This document shows positions 35,957 to 51,339 of a stretch of DNA of 64,000 nt, piece by piece. The DNA is taken from assembly GCA_951406725.2 (NCBI GenBank), contig OX597814.1, positions 71,858,001 to 71,922,000 of the forward strand. The letters run 5' to 3'. Source of the stretch: Octopus vulgaris. Taxonomy: Eukaryota. The notes below the pieces were generated by a model that saw only the letters and a list, made by a program, of their open reading frames with translations, ran no database searches and was not told where the DNA came from. How positions within the stretch are numbered: position 1 is the first letter of the stretch; each line of letters begins with the position of its first letter. Position numbers and translations under genes: made by a program.

Positions 35957-36552
35957 ATATATACATATATATATATATATTATGTCAGGCCACTTTCGAG
36001 TGCTACTGGTAACATGTAACCCAGTACAACCTGTTGCATGGTCGGGTCGTCGGCAACTAAACTGGCAACCTCAGCAAGCTTGCTTGGTGAGGAGGGTACT
36101 TACTGGACACCCCGTGGGATGAAAAACAAAACCCATCAAAGGGCGGAGGAACTCTTGACAGTCAACGGCCATACAATAAATGACTTAAGGCTGTATCATG
36201 CGCGGGGACATAGAAATAATCGGACTGAATACCCGATCGCATGGTTAAACCATTGGGAGTGAAGGACTCCTAGCCTTTATTAGGGCATCCTTCTAGGAGA
36301 AGATAACTCAAGTAACTGGGATAACTCCAACATAAAACCTGCGGCTCAGTGGTTACCAATGATGTTGATTTGTTCTTCTTTTCGGATTATGGCTGCTGTT
36401 GCTTAGTGAGTGGAATTGACTCAGTGCACAGCCTTTCCTCACTTTAAAAAAATATCTTCTTGCACAGGCATTGCACGATAACAACATTGATTAAGCTTCG
36501 TGCAATGGCCATACTCAATAACGAGGGGGCAGCCACCATATATATACATATG

Positions 36553-36631
<79 letters not shown>

Positions 36632-36636
36632 ATATA

Positions 36637-36860
36637 TTTCTTTACTACCCACAAGGGGCTAAACACAGAGGGGACAAACAAGGACAAACGGATTAAGTCG
36701 ATTACATCGACTCCAGTGTGTAACTGGTACTTAATTTATCGACCCTGAAAGGATGAAAGGCAAAGTCGACTTTTGGCGTAATTTGAACATAGAACGTAAC
36801 GGCAGACGAAATACGGCTACACATTTCGCCCGATGTGCCAACATTTCTGCCAGCACGCCG
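36637..36860 (-). mobile_element. SINE family 2 copy
   Basis: Reverse complement of 45438-45663. Confidence 0.82.
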
Positions 36861-36861
36861 C

Positions 36862-37344
36862 ATTTTGAAAAAGGAAAGAACAAATATTGGGAGATAATTA
36901 ATAAGAAAACAATCAGGATAAAATATAGTCTAACTCATAATCTGGCCACCATCATATCCTCAATTAACAATAAAAAGCTTGATAATTTCTATCTAAATAG
37001 AAAAAATAATTTAGGTAACACGGGCCGACCAATGCCTTGTGAGTGGATTTGGTAGACGGAAACTGAAAGAAGCCTGTCGTATATATGTGTATATATATAT
37101 ATATATATGTGTGTGTCTGTGTATGTCCCCCTAGCATTGCTTGACAACCGATGCTGGTGTGTTTACGTCCCCGTCACTTAGCGGTTCGGCAAAAGAGACC
37201 GATAGAATAAGTACTGGGCTTACAAAGAATAAGTCCCGGGGTCGATTTGCTCGACTAAAGGCGGTGCTCCAGCATGGCCGCAGTCAAATGACTGAAACAA
37301 GTAAAAGCGTAAAAGCGTAAGCGTATGTCTAACAATAGCACAAG

Positions 37345-37375
<31 letters not shown>

Positions 37376-37868
37376 CAAAATGACAATACAACGAGTAATA
37401 ATAACATAGACAATAATAATATAATTAATAATGATAACACAAGTGTAATTGTAGGATAAGAGAAAATTGTGTGTTCAATAATGACTGCATTAGGAAGGAG
37501 GTGGTATATCAATTAGGAAGGAGGTAAGTACACAATACAACAAGAAAGTCTATATCGGGTCTACGAAGAATAATTTGAAACAAAGACTTAATTATAAAAG
37601 ATATACTTTTAAGAATAGAAATAAGAGTAATTCTACAGGGTTAAGTACATATATATGGGAACTTAAGGATAAAAAAATAAATTATAATTTACAATGGAAA
37701 ATACTTATATCTGCACCTGCGCATAATAATAAAAATAGAAAATGTTCATTATGCATTAATGAAATTTTCTTTCTAATTAGGGCTAATCTACCAATCATTA
37801 ACAATTTTAAGGAACGAAATGTAACATATCTTCATAAAATTGGGTATACTTTCTCCAGATATAAATAG
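36862..37868 (+). pseudogene. Penelope fragment (same family as 8572-13129) interrupted by a SINE
   Basis: YSLTHNLATIISSINNKKLD; CNC..CVF; KVYIGST; STGLSTYIWELK; CSLCINE. Confidence 0.82.
37021..37322 (+). mobile_element. SINE family 1, 5'-truncated
   Basis: Matches 45076-45400. Confidence 0.88.
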
Positions 37869-37988
37869 TACTTATTATAAACTACCCTTTAAAATACATA
37901 CAAATGGTTATCTGGTTATAATGAACATTTTTACTTTAATATGAAATAATTGCTAAGCATTCCATCCAGCTTGCTAACGATTCCGCTA

Positions 37989-38101
37989 GTTCACCTGCCC
38001 TGATTTTTCAGCTCACCTGTCCTGATGTTTCAGCTCACCTGCCCTGATGTTTCAGCTCACCTGCCCTGATGTTTTAGCTCACCTGCCTTGATGTTCCAGC
38101 T
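37989..38101. repeat. 22-bp minisatellite x5 (cagctcacctgccctgatgttt) next to a SINE-2 head remnant
   Basis: Direct reading; adjacent gctaacgattccgctagttcacc is the reversed SINE head. Confidence 0.85.
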
Positions 38102-38862
38102 GGCAAAGTAATGATTCTGCCTGCAGCTCAAAAATCCAGCTTGCAAGTTTGACAAATGCCCCACTGGAAGAACAAGCATGTCTGATAGCACATACACCGT
38201 AGCCATGGTCATCATTATTTGTTGAGGTGTAGAGTTCGTATTTGGGGTTTCAGTTAATACAAATTCACATGTGGTCTCTGGTCACATGCATGCACACTTT
38301 GGGATAGTGTGATCTATAGCAGCATCTTGCTGTTGATTGTTGACCATTTCAGAAGATAGAGCAGATGTAACAAAGTATTTGATTTGCGGCTCTAACATTT
38401 GTACTAATCCACCGCTTATAAACCATCTTTAGAAGTGAATAAAGAAGCCTCTGTGATCACTTGGCCAATTAAGAATAGCAGTCAAAATTTCTTCAGAAGA
38501 AATGATAAATGGCTGGAGAATAAGAATACATCTTTTCAGATGAGTAGACAATCATCCTCAAAACTGTTCTGTAAGGGTATTCTTGAGTTTTTCTCTTTAC
38601 TTAAGAGAACAATAGGATGTTTACACATCACCAGGTGTCCTCAGAGCTAAGGTTCTCAAATAAATAACTTTAGATTTATATTTACTACCTAATTAAGTAT
38701 GTGTGCAGGCTTGGCTGTGTAGTTAAGAAGTTTGCTTTGAGATCACATGATTAAAGATTCAGATCCACTGAGTAGACGCTAATGCCTTGGTGTTCTGTAC
38801 TATAGCTACAGGTTGGCTAATATCTTGTGGTTGAAATTGGTAGACTGTCATTAAAGAGGCAT

Positions 38863-38902
<40 letters not shown>

Positions 38903-38944
38903 TATATATATATAGATTTATAGATAGATTTTTATATGTGTATA

Positions 38945-39344
38945 GGCGCAGGAGTGGCTGTGTGGTAAGTAGCTTGTTTACCAACCACATGGTTCCGGGT
39001 TCAGTCCCACTGTGTGGCACCTTGGGCAAGTGTCTTCTACTATAGCCTTGTCCCGACCAAAGCCTTGTGAATGGATTTGGTAGACGGAAACTGAAAGAAG
39101 CCCGTCGTATATATGTATATATATGTGTGTGTGTGTTTGTGTGTCTGTGTTTGTACTCCTAGCATTGCTTGACAACCGATGCTGATGTGTTTATGTCCCC
39201 GTTACGTAGTGGTTCGGCAAAAGAGACCGATAGAATAAGTACTGGGCTTACAAAAAAATAAGTCCCGGGGTCGAGTTGCTCGATTAAAGGCAGTGCTCCA
39301 GCATGGCAACAGTCAAATGACTGAAACAAGTACAAGAGTAAAGA
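38945..39344 (+). mobile_element. SINE family 1, full length (tRNA head, internal microsatellite, LINE-derived tail)
   Basis: A box tggctgtgtgg, B box ggttcagtccc, tail gactgaaacaagtacaagagtaaagag into (TA)n. Confidence 0.9.
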
Positions 39345-39361
39345 GTATATATATATATATA

Positions 39362-41250
39362 TGCAAAGAGAGAGGTTTGGAGACGCCACTATGAAAGGTT
39401 GCTGAATAAAGAAAATGAATGGGATAAAGAGAGTCTGCCGCATGTCGACCAAACAGAGGGACCAACTATCCGAATTGACAGTTCCTTGGTAGTTAAGGCA
39501 ATTAGAAGCATGAAGACAGGGAAAGCCCCAGGCCCATCAGGAATTACTGCAGAGATGCTCAAAATATCTGGTAGTGTCGGCTATAGCCTAGTCACTCATA
39601 TAGTTAACCAGGTGATACACGAAGGAGTCATACCCAATGACTGGTGTAGCAGCATAATAGTCAACTGCTACAAAGGTAAAGGTGACGCCCTAGATACAAA
39701 TAATTACAGAGGTATCAAGCTGTTGGATCAGGTAATGAAGATTACGGAGAGAGTCATAGCCCAACTGATTAGGGAGAGAGTTAGCTTGGATGAAATGCAG
39801 TTTGGTTTCATGCCAAGGAAAAGCACCACTGATGCCATATTTCTGGTAAGGCAGCTGCAGGAGAAATATCTAGCCAAAGATAAGCCCCTGTAGCTGGCTT
39901 TCGTTGACATGGAGAAAGCCTTCGAAAGGGTCCCCCGATCCCTTATCTGGTGGTCAATGAGGAAACTAGTGATAGATGATTGGTTAGTGCAAGCCATGTA
40001 CAGGGATGCTCTCAGCAAGGTGAGGGTTAGCAATGAGTACACTGAAGAATTCAGGGTAGACGTAGGGGTCCACCAGGGTTCAGTCCTCAGCCCCATCCTA
40101 TTTATCATAGTCCTCCAGGCAATAACGGAGGAATTCAAGACAGGATGCCCCTGGGAGCTCCTCTACACTGTTGACCTTGCTCTAATTTCTGAGTCACTAT
40201 CAGAACTGGAGGAGAAGTTTCAGGTGTGGAAGCAAGGATTAGAATCGAAGGGCCTTAGAGTCAATCTAGCTAAAACCAAAGTCCTAATAAGTAGGAAGGT
40301 AGACAAGTCACAAACGCCTTCAGGTAGATGGCCTTCCTTGATCTGTAGAAAAGGTGTAGGTAGAAACTCTATAAGATGCACCAAGTGTAAGCTATGGATA
40401 CATAAGAGGTGCAGCAACGTCAAGGGAAGGCTAACTAGGAAGATAGTCTTTGTATGTGGCAGATGCTCAGGAGCAATAAACGCTGAAGATGCACAGAGAG
40501 CAACTTCTGCCACATTCCAGGGAGAAAAACTAAAAATAGTTGATAGCTTCCGTTACATAAGTGACCAAGTCAGTAGCGGGGGCGGGTGTGTTGAAAGTGT
40601 AACTGCTAGAGTAAAAATAGCCTGGGCAAAGTTCAGAGAGCTCTTACCTCTGCTAGGGACAAAAAGCCTCTCGCTCAGAGTAAAAAGCAGACTGTATGAC
40701 GCATGTGTACGAACAGCCATGCTACATGGCAGTGAAACATGGGCCGTGACTGCTGAGAATATGCGTAAGCTCGCAAGAAATGAAGCCAGTATGCTCCGAT
40801 GGATGTGCAATGTCAGTGTTCATACTCAACAGAGTGTAAGTACCTTGAGAGAGAAGTTGGACCTAAGAAGCATCAGTTGTAGCATGCAAGATAGACGTTT
40901 GCGCTGGTATGGTCATGTGGCGAGAATGGATGAAGATAGTTGTGTGAAAAAGTTCCACACCCTAGCGGTTGAGGGAACCTGTGGAAGAGGTAGACCCAGG
41001 AAAACCTGGGATGAGGTGGTGAAGCGCGACCTTTGACCTTTAGGTCTCACCGAGGAAATGACTAGAGACCGAGACCTTTGGAAGTATGCTGTGCGTGAGA
41101 AGACCCGGCAGGACAAGTGAGACCATAACCCATGGCCTCAGTCCACTTATGCATACCTTTCCTTCTTGGGACACAAAACTCTACTTGTGAAGACCTGTTG
41201 AGGCAAACCAAAATCGATCAACATCAATGGAAATTGTAGCCGGTGGCACA
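39362..41250 (+). mobile_element. RTE LINE 3' part with premature stop
   Basis: ORFs 39399..39893 and 39909..41036: RT, PHD-like finger, RLRWYGHV, GRGRPRKTW. Confidence 0.92.
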
Positions 41251-41277
41251 TAAAAGAATCATCCGAACGTGGCCGTA

Positions 41278-41322
<45 letters not shown>

Positions 41323-42285
41323 ATGTGTGTGTGTGTGTGTATATATGTGCATGTATATATATTTTAGGTAGGACTGTATATATATGTATTGTGACATTCT
41401 GTGGGAATATATAAATACATGTGTATACATGTATATTTATGTATATGTGAGTGGGTATATACGTATATATCTGTATATTTCAATGGATATATGTTTATGG
41501 TATGTGATGTATGTATATTTGTTTACGTATGCATAGGTATGTATATATATATATATGTATACATAACGTGTATATAAAATATGATCGGAGTTTTATAAAA
41601 TTATTAAATTTTGTAAATATTTATTCATGTCTTAACTTACAATTGTATTGATTATTGTAAGAACTCTTTGTTTACGATTAATATCTAAAAGTTAATTTAA
41701 AGATATACATTGTAAATACGAGTGATTAACACGGTTTATTTACTTATTAATTAGATCCTCTATTAACTAACAGTAAATGAAGCGTAGAAATTCAAATGTG
41801 CTAGCCAATTAGAAATAACTTATGATTTAAAATAATCGTTCCCTAACTCCCAATAATTTTGAAATTCTAAAATATTAATATAATATATAGCATAGATATT
41901 ATAGCTCATCTATCATACATAATCAAATGATTTATTATTTGAAAAAAAAATTTTGTGGAATTATTCTATGATACTATATTAATTCGTTGGATAAAAATAC
42001 AAATATAAGTATAATTTTAACATCAACTTTGATGAAAAGAAAAAAAATCCTCATTTCAATATTACACATGAACTTGTATGTATTAAGAACTATATACTGA
42101 AAACCTTAGTCTAACTGTATGTTTTTTAAATATTTATATACATATATATTTGTATACATATATATATATATCTCTTATGATAAAAGGCAGATTTTCTCTG
42201 CCTCCCACATAGTTTGTTTTTAATACAATTGTACAATATAGAATTTCTTCAATTGGAATTTACCTATGATTTTTCAAAGTAGATT

Positions 42286-42672
42286 CATCATCATCATCAT
42301 TGTTCGACCGTGGTCGAGACAATGGAATTTACCATGCTACGCCAGACTTCACGGTCCATCATGGCATTATGGAGGTCCTGTTGCTGGATGCCTGTATCCC
42401 TGGTGATTACATCAGGGTAGGAGAGTGTGTGCCCTCTGGTATTGCGAGTAGATGGCTTCCAGAGGAGAAGAGTAGAAATTACTTCTTTTTCAGCTCTACA
42501 ACAATGTCCAGCAAACTGGACTCTCCTACCTTTCACAAGAGATGACACAGGTGGTAGTTTCCCATATATTTGCATTTTGGTTGGATGGCGCTTCCACAAG
42601 AGATTTTGAACTCTCATAAGGAGGCGAGTGTAGGTTCCATCCAACCGCCTCTCAAGCTTCTTTGATAACGTC
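42286..42672 (-). mobile_element. 3' end of a different RTE-group LINE with (GAT)n tail
   Basis: DGTYTRLLMRV..RRVQFAGHCCR..LLLWKP..DREVWR; tail follows the stop. Confidence 0.75.
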
Positions 42673-43085
42673 CAGAAGTAGATTCAATTGGGTCATGGCA
42701 TATACATTTTTTTCAATTTCACCCCCAATTCAGCAAAAATTCAAGAAAACTCAATATTTTACGATTTGCCTCTCTCATTTCAAATGCTTTACTCCTGCTA
42801 TTATCACACTTTCTCCTACAGATCACACATTCTGCTACTTTCTCTTATTAATGCTTAAACCAATCCTCAAAAAAAAAAGGAAACAGACATCTGTCGCTAA
42901 CTTTTGGTAGTATTCATTGGTGAGCGTACTTCAGTCGTCAATTGTTGAAAGAAAGAAATTGTAAGCTAAGAAGGTGTGTGTGTGCATGCATGCGTGTGTG
43001 TGTGAGTGTTTGTGTGTGTGTTAGGAAGTGAAGGATAAAAATATGGCAAGAAGTGGACAGATGTACATATATACATGTACATACA

Positions 43086-43116
<31 letters not shown>

Positions 43117-43118
43117 TA

Positions 43119-43508
43119 TCTCTCTCTATATAAAGCTGAAGTTGTCTGTGTGCGGCAGGTTTGGCAGCCTTCAACTATCACTATCTCCTCCGAGACCCTG
43201 CATCGCAAGTTGACCAAAATTGAGAGTATGATAGAAGAAGGGTTGCTCTTCCTTCTGTAGAAGATAAAATTCAAATCGGACCATGTTAACACCAAAAATT
43301 ATTTACATCAAAAAGGTGCTTTTTTCTATGAAAATCCCTATTTTTTACGAGTTTTTCACTGCTGTGTTGCCACTTTTCAGTGTATTTGAACCAGAAAAAT
43401 GTTCACTTGAAGAGAATAACAAGCTACATAATGCAAAATTTTTACTTTTCAAAAATTCCAATTCCAGCGGGTTGAAATAAACCCGAGCAACGCCGGGCGA
43501 TACTGCTA

Positions 43509-43509
<1 letters not shown>
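43119..43509 (+). mobile_element. Non-autonomous Helitron
   Basis: A|TC 5' end; 3' hairpin cccgagcaacgccggg then CTAG|T. Related 3' ends near 21459(-), 32717(-), 33124(-) and 51929(+). Confidence 0.72.
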
Positions 43510-43546
<37 letters not shown>

Positions 43547-43551
<5 letters not shown>

Positions 43552-43632
43552 ATAAAGGGCTTAGTAAAATAAATTACTTTGCCACATACGTATGTGGCAA
43601 AGTAATTTATTTTACTAAACCCTTTATAAAAT
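43547..43632. repeat. 86-bp near-perfect palindrome (fold-back insertion in (TA)n)
   Basis: Centre ccacatac|gtatgtgg; one mismatch. Confidence 0.92.
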
Positions 43633-43725
43633 GTAATATTTTGAATTCACCTTAAATGGTCCCTTTACATACTGAATACTTGGTGAAATTGATTAATAAT
43701 TAATTAATTTTACCCTCAATTGTTG

Positions 43726-43772
<47 letters not shown>

Positions 43773-44180
43773 TTGTATGGAATGTGGATTGTTTATCTTG
43801 TATCGTAATATTTGATATATTATAATCTATTATAATACGTATGTATTGTTAAGTGAAGATTACTATAAATATAATAATATTGTTATCATTGATAAACATA
43901 ATAATAATAATTGATTATTGTTTATGTGGTCATGAGCATAGACGTGTTTATATGTTCCAGTATATGTATATATATATATATATATATGACGAATGGTATA
44001 TTTACTTGGACCTATTGTTTAATTGTGTTTATTTATGTATTTTTACACTTGTGAAAGTATATACACTCTGCTTATATATGTATATGTATAAGTCTATATG
44101 GATATTTGTTCATATTTTTATGTATATTAAATTATAAGTGTATCCTGTTTCATGTATTAATATTTTTTAAGTTCTTTATA

Positions 44181-44312
44181 ATCTCTAACGAGGCCTATAG
44201 TTATATATAAGTACCCTATTTTTAAATGCCTACAACTTCAATATAATTGACAACTATAGGCAATAAAAATAAAAGTAACTACTTTTAACCATAGGCTGAA
44301 CCAGCCGTAAGG
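44181..44312 (+). ncRNA. Degenerate long-stem-II hammerhead relic
   Basis: ct-CTAACGA-ggcctat..ataggct-GAAC-cagccg-TA-ag; same architecture as 12831-12938. Confidence 0.5.
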
Positions 44313-44503
44313 AGTGATTTTAATGATTTCAATAATTTATATTATGATTTTTACAATTTCTATTCTTAACTTATATGTATTGAATTATGAGATATATATG
44401 TATGCTATTAAGGTTCTCATTTTGTTAAATGAATAAATATTTCAACATTCTAATATCCGAAAGTTGATGAACAAACTAAATTGTTTCTCCATTTTCTTAT
44501 TTG

Positions 44504-44554
<51 letters not shown>

Positions 44555-44556
44555 TA

Positions 44557-44718
44557 CTTTATTTAATAGCAGCAGAAATTCAACAAAACCTGTTACTCGG
44601 AGTTTCACGTTTCCGTTCGTTGGATAGTTTTGTTAGGGGTAACAAAACTGTCTGACGAACGGGAACGTGAAACTCCGAGTAACAGGTTTTGTTGAATTTC
44701 TGCTGCTTTTAAATAAAG
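44557..44718. repeat. Fold-back inverted repeat carrying a hammerhead
   Basis: Arms of ~79 bp around the loop gggg (44636-39). Confidence 0.9.
44648..44685 (+). ncRNA. Minimal type-I hammerhead ribozyme
   Basis: ctgt-CTGACGA-acg ggaa cgt-GAAA-ctc c gag-TA-acag. Confidence 0.85.
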
Positions 44719-44787
44719 CATATTACTCTACCCCTGGTATTTGAGTACTCTTTTTCCACCTTGTTTTACATTTATGTATTTACTCCG

Positions 44788-44861
<74 letters not shown>

Positions 44862-44868
44862 ATGTATG

Positions 44869-44899
<31 letters not shown>

Positions 44900-44957
44900 A
44901 CAATCTTACACATTCATAGATTTATAGACACATATATATATATATATATATATGTAT

Positions 44958-45136
44958 AAGTGGCTGTGTGGTAAGTAGGAGTGGCTGTGTGGTAAGTAGC
45001 TTGCTAACCAACCACATGGTTCCGGGTTCAGTCCCACTGCGTGGCATCTTCGGCAAATGTCTTCTGCTATAGCCCCGGGCCGACCAATGCCTTGTGAGTG
45101 GATTTGGTAGACGGAAACTGAAAGAAGCCTGTCGTA

Positions 45137-45179
<43 letters not shown>

Positions 45180-45398
45180 GTGTGTATGTGTTTGTGTGTC
45201 TGTGTTTGTCCATCTAGCATTGCTTGATAACCGATGCTGGTGTGTTTACGTCCCCCGTCACTTAGCGGTTCGGCAAAAGAGACCGATAGAATAAGTACTG
45301 GGCTTACAAAGAATAAGTCCCGGGGTCGATTTGCTCGACTAAAGGCGGTGCTCCAGCATGGCCACAGTCGAATGACTGAAACAAGTAAAAGAGTAAAA

Positions 45399-45400
<2 letters not shown>
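44958..45400 (+). mobile_element. SINE family 1, full length with duplicated 5' head
   Basis: agtggctgtgtggtaagtag twice; B box; LINE-like tail. Confidence 0.9.
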
Positions 45401-45437
<37 letters not shown>

Positions 45438-45438
<1 letters not shown>

Positions 45439-45663
45439 GGCGAGCTGGCAGAAACATTAGCACGCCGGGCGAAATGCTTTGTGGTATTTTGTCTACCGTT
45501 ACGTTCTGAGTTCAAATTCCGCCGAGGTCGGCTTTGCCTTTCATCCTTTCGGGGTCGATAAATTAAGTACCAGTTACACACTGGGGGTCGATGGAATCGA
45601 CTTAATCGCTTTGTCTGTCCTTGTTTGTCCCCTCTGTGTTTCGCCCCTTGTGGGTAGTAAAGA
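45438..45663 (+). mobile_element. SINE family 2 (tRNA-like head, conserved central domain)
   Basis: ggcgagctggcagaa..gagttcaaattcc (B box); gcctttcatcctttcggggtcgataaattaagtaccag core. Confidence 0.82.
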
Positions 45664-49185
<3,522 letters not shown>

Positions 49186-50101
49186 AAGTGGGCTGAAAAG
49201 AATAGCATGGAGTTCAATGCTGGAAAGTTTCAAGCTTTATACTATCAGCATGCAAAACTGAATGCAATACCCAATGAATACACTGGACCCGGAGGGATTG
49301 CAATCCCAGAGGCACAATCAGTGCGTGACCTGGGTATTCACATGAGTGATGACGCGACCTTTCATGTACATGTTGCTAAACTGACAATGAAATGTAGACG
49401 GCTGGCTGGATGGATTCTTAGAACCTTTAGAACAAGAGAACAAGAAACCATGATGGTCCTCTGGAAGACACTTGTCCTAAGCCACTTTGACTATTGCTCT
49501 CAGCTATGGTCACCATCCAGTGTCAAGTTGATCACAGAACTTGAGGCGATCCAACGAAGCTACACAAAGAAGATAGCCTCTATGCAGAATGTAAGCTACT
49601 GGGAAAGACTCAAGAGATTAAAATTATATTCCCTGGAGCGTAGGCGGGAAAGATATGCCATAATATACATCTGGAAGATCCTGGAGGGAAGTGTCCTGAA
49701 CTTTGGCATCGAGAGTTACGCAAATGCCAGAACTGGGCGCCACTGCGTGGTGCCTAGGACTCCAAACCTGCCATCAAGATGTAGGACAAGATTCTGTGAT
49801 AGCCTGGGCTTCCGAGGCCCACAGCTCTTCAATATCCTCCCGAAGAACCTGAGAGACCTGCATGGGGTGGATACAGATGTCTTTAAAATGGAGCTGGATC
49901 TCTTCCTGTCAGGTGTCCCAGATGAACCAACTTCACGGCAGGAGGGGCAGATGAGGGCAGCTGCATCGAACTCTCTCATGCACCAAATAGCAGTTGCTAG
50001 AAAGCCTCCATGAAGTGAAACCAAGTAGCAACACCAAATGGCGGTGCCCCAGCATGGCCACAGCTCATAAGCTGAAACTAGAATCAATCAATCAATCAAT
50101 C
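49186..50101 (+). mobile_element. CR1-group LINE subfamily A, 3' 0.9-kb fragment, almost identical to 4670-5591
   Basis: ORF 49207..50013 differs at only 4 residues; same (AATC)n tail; (TA)n both sides. Confidence 0.95.
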
Positions 50102-50106
50102 ATATA

Positions 50107-50184
<78 letters not shown>

Positions 50185-50185
50185 C

Positions 50186-50431
50186 ATATCATCATCATCA
50201 TCATCATCGTTTAACGTCCGTTTTCCGCGCTAGCACGGGTTGGACGGTTTCGACCGGGGTCTGGGGAGCTAGGGACTGCCCCAGGCTCCAGTCTAGTCTG
50301 GCAGTGTTTCTACAGCTGGATGCCCTTCCTAACGCCAACCACTCCGCGAGTGTAGTGGGTGTTTTTTACGTGCCACCTGCACAGGTGCCAGAGGGGTCTG
50401 GCATCGGCCACGTTCGGATGGTGCTTTTTAT
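50186..50431 (-). mobile_element. RTE 3'-UTR fragment or RTE-derived SINE with (GAT)n tail
   Basis: Matches the RTE 3' UTRs at 21220-21395 and 57430-57610. Confidence 0.8.
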
Positions 50432-50896
50432 GTGGGGGGGCAGAAATATAGGGGAGCACCAGTGGGGAGGGGTGGTTCAGAGAAATGATGACAGGTTCTA
50501 GGCAAGTAGAACGTAGGATATCAAGAGAGGGGTAATGCATGGTGAAATAGCGTATTGAAGAGGGGGGTTCCAAGAGTAGACACCTATAATGGTGTTGGGA
50601 GAAGCGACATCCGGTATAGATGGAGCAAAAATATAGAGATATCCGGTATTGGTGGTGGGGGTGGGCAAGGGCGGGTGCACCGGGAATATGACGGGCTGGC
50701 TTAAAAATGCTCTTAGCAAAGGAAGAGGGGGGATGGCAGACAACGTAAAAGAGGGAGAGAGAGAAGGGAAATAGTGGAACCCCGCGAAAATGGGCCGCCA
50801 TTGAAAAAAACCCCTGTATGGAGAAATAATATGCAATACGAGGCGAAGCTGAAAATAGTAATAATAATAATAATAATAATAATATTAATAATATAC

Positions 50897-50963
<67 letters not shown>

Positions 50964-50970
50964 TATATAC

Positions 50971-51085
<115 letters not shown>

Positions 51086-51102
51086 TATATATATATATAT
51101 AT

Positions 51103-51234
51103 ATTTATTTTATAGAAGGAGCTTCTACAGGACTAGAACTGTTTCATTCAAAAGAAATCATCAGGAAGCTTCCTGATGATTTCTTTTGAATGAAACAGTT
51201 CTAGTCCTGTAGAAGCTCCTTCTATAAAATAAAT
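51103..51234. repeat. 132-bp perfect palindrome with a hammerhead on each strand
   Basis: Centre ggaag|cttcc at 51168/51169. Confidence 0.93.
51167..51217 (+). ncRNA. Type-I hammerhead ribozyme
   Basis: agcttc-CTGATGA-t ttc tttt gaa t-GAAA-cag ttctagtc ctg-TA-gaagct. Confidence 0.82.
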
Positions 51235-51298
51235 TAATTTACTCTGCTATGTATTGAGTACCTTATTTACTGTGGTTAACCCCGACTCAACCCGGGAC

Positions 51299-51339
<41 letters not shown>

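Noticed and set aside
37989-38101. CRISPR-like 22-bp repeats
   Set aside because: Contiguous units without spacers, eukaryotic context, no cas genes: a minisatellite.
38945-39020. tRNA gene
   Set aside because: A and B boxes belong to a SINE head that continues into SINE body and tail.
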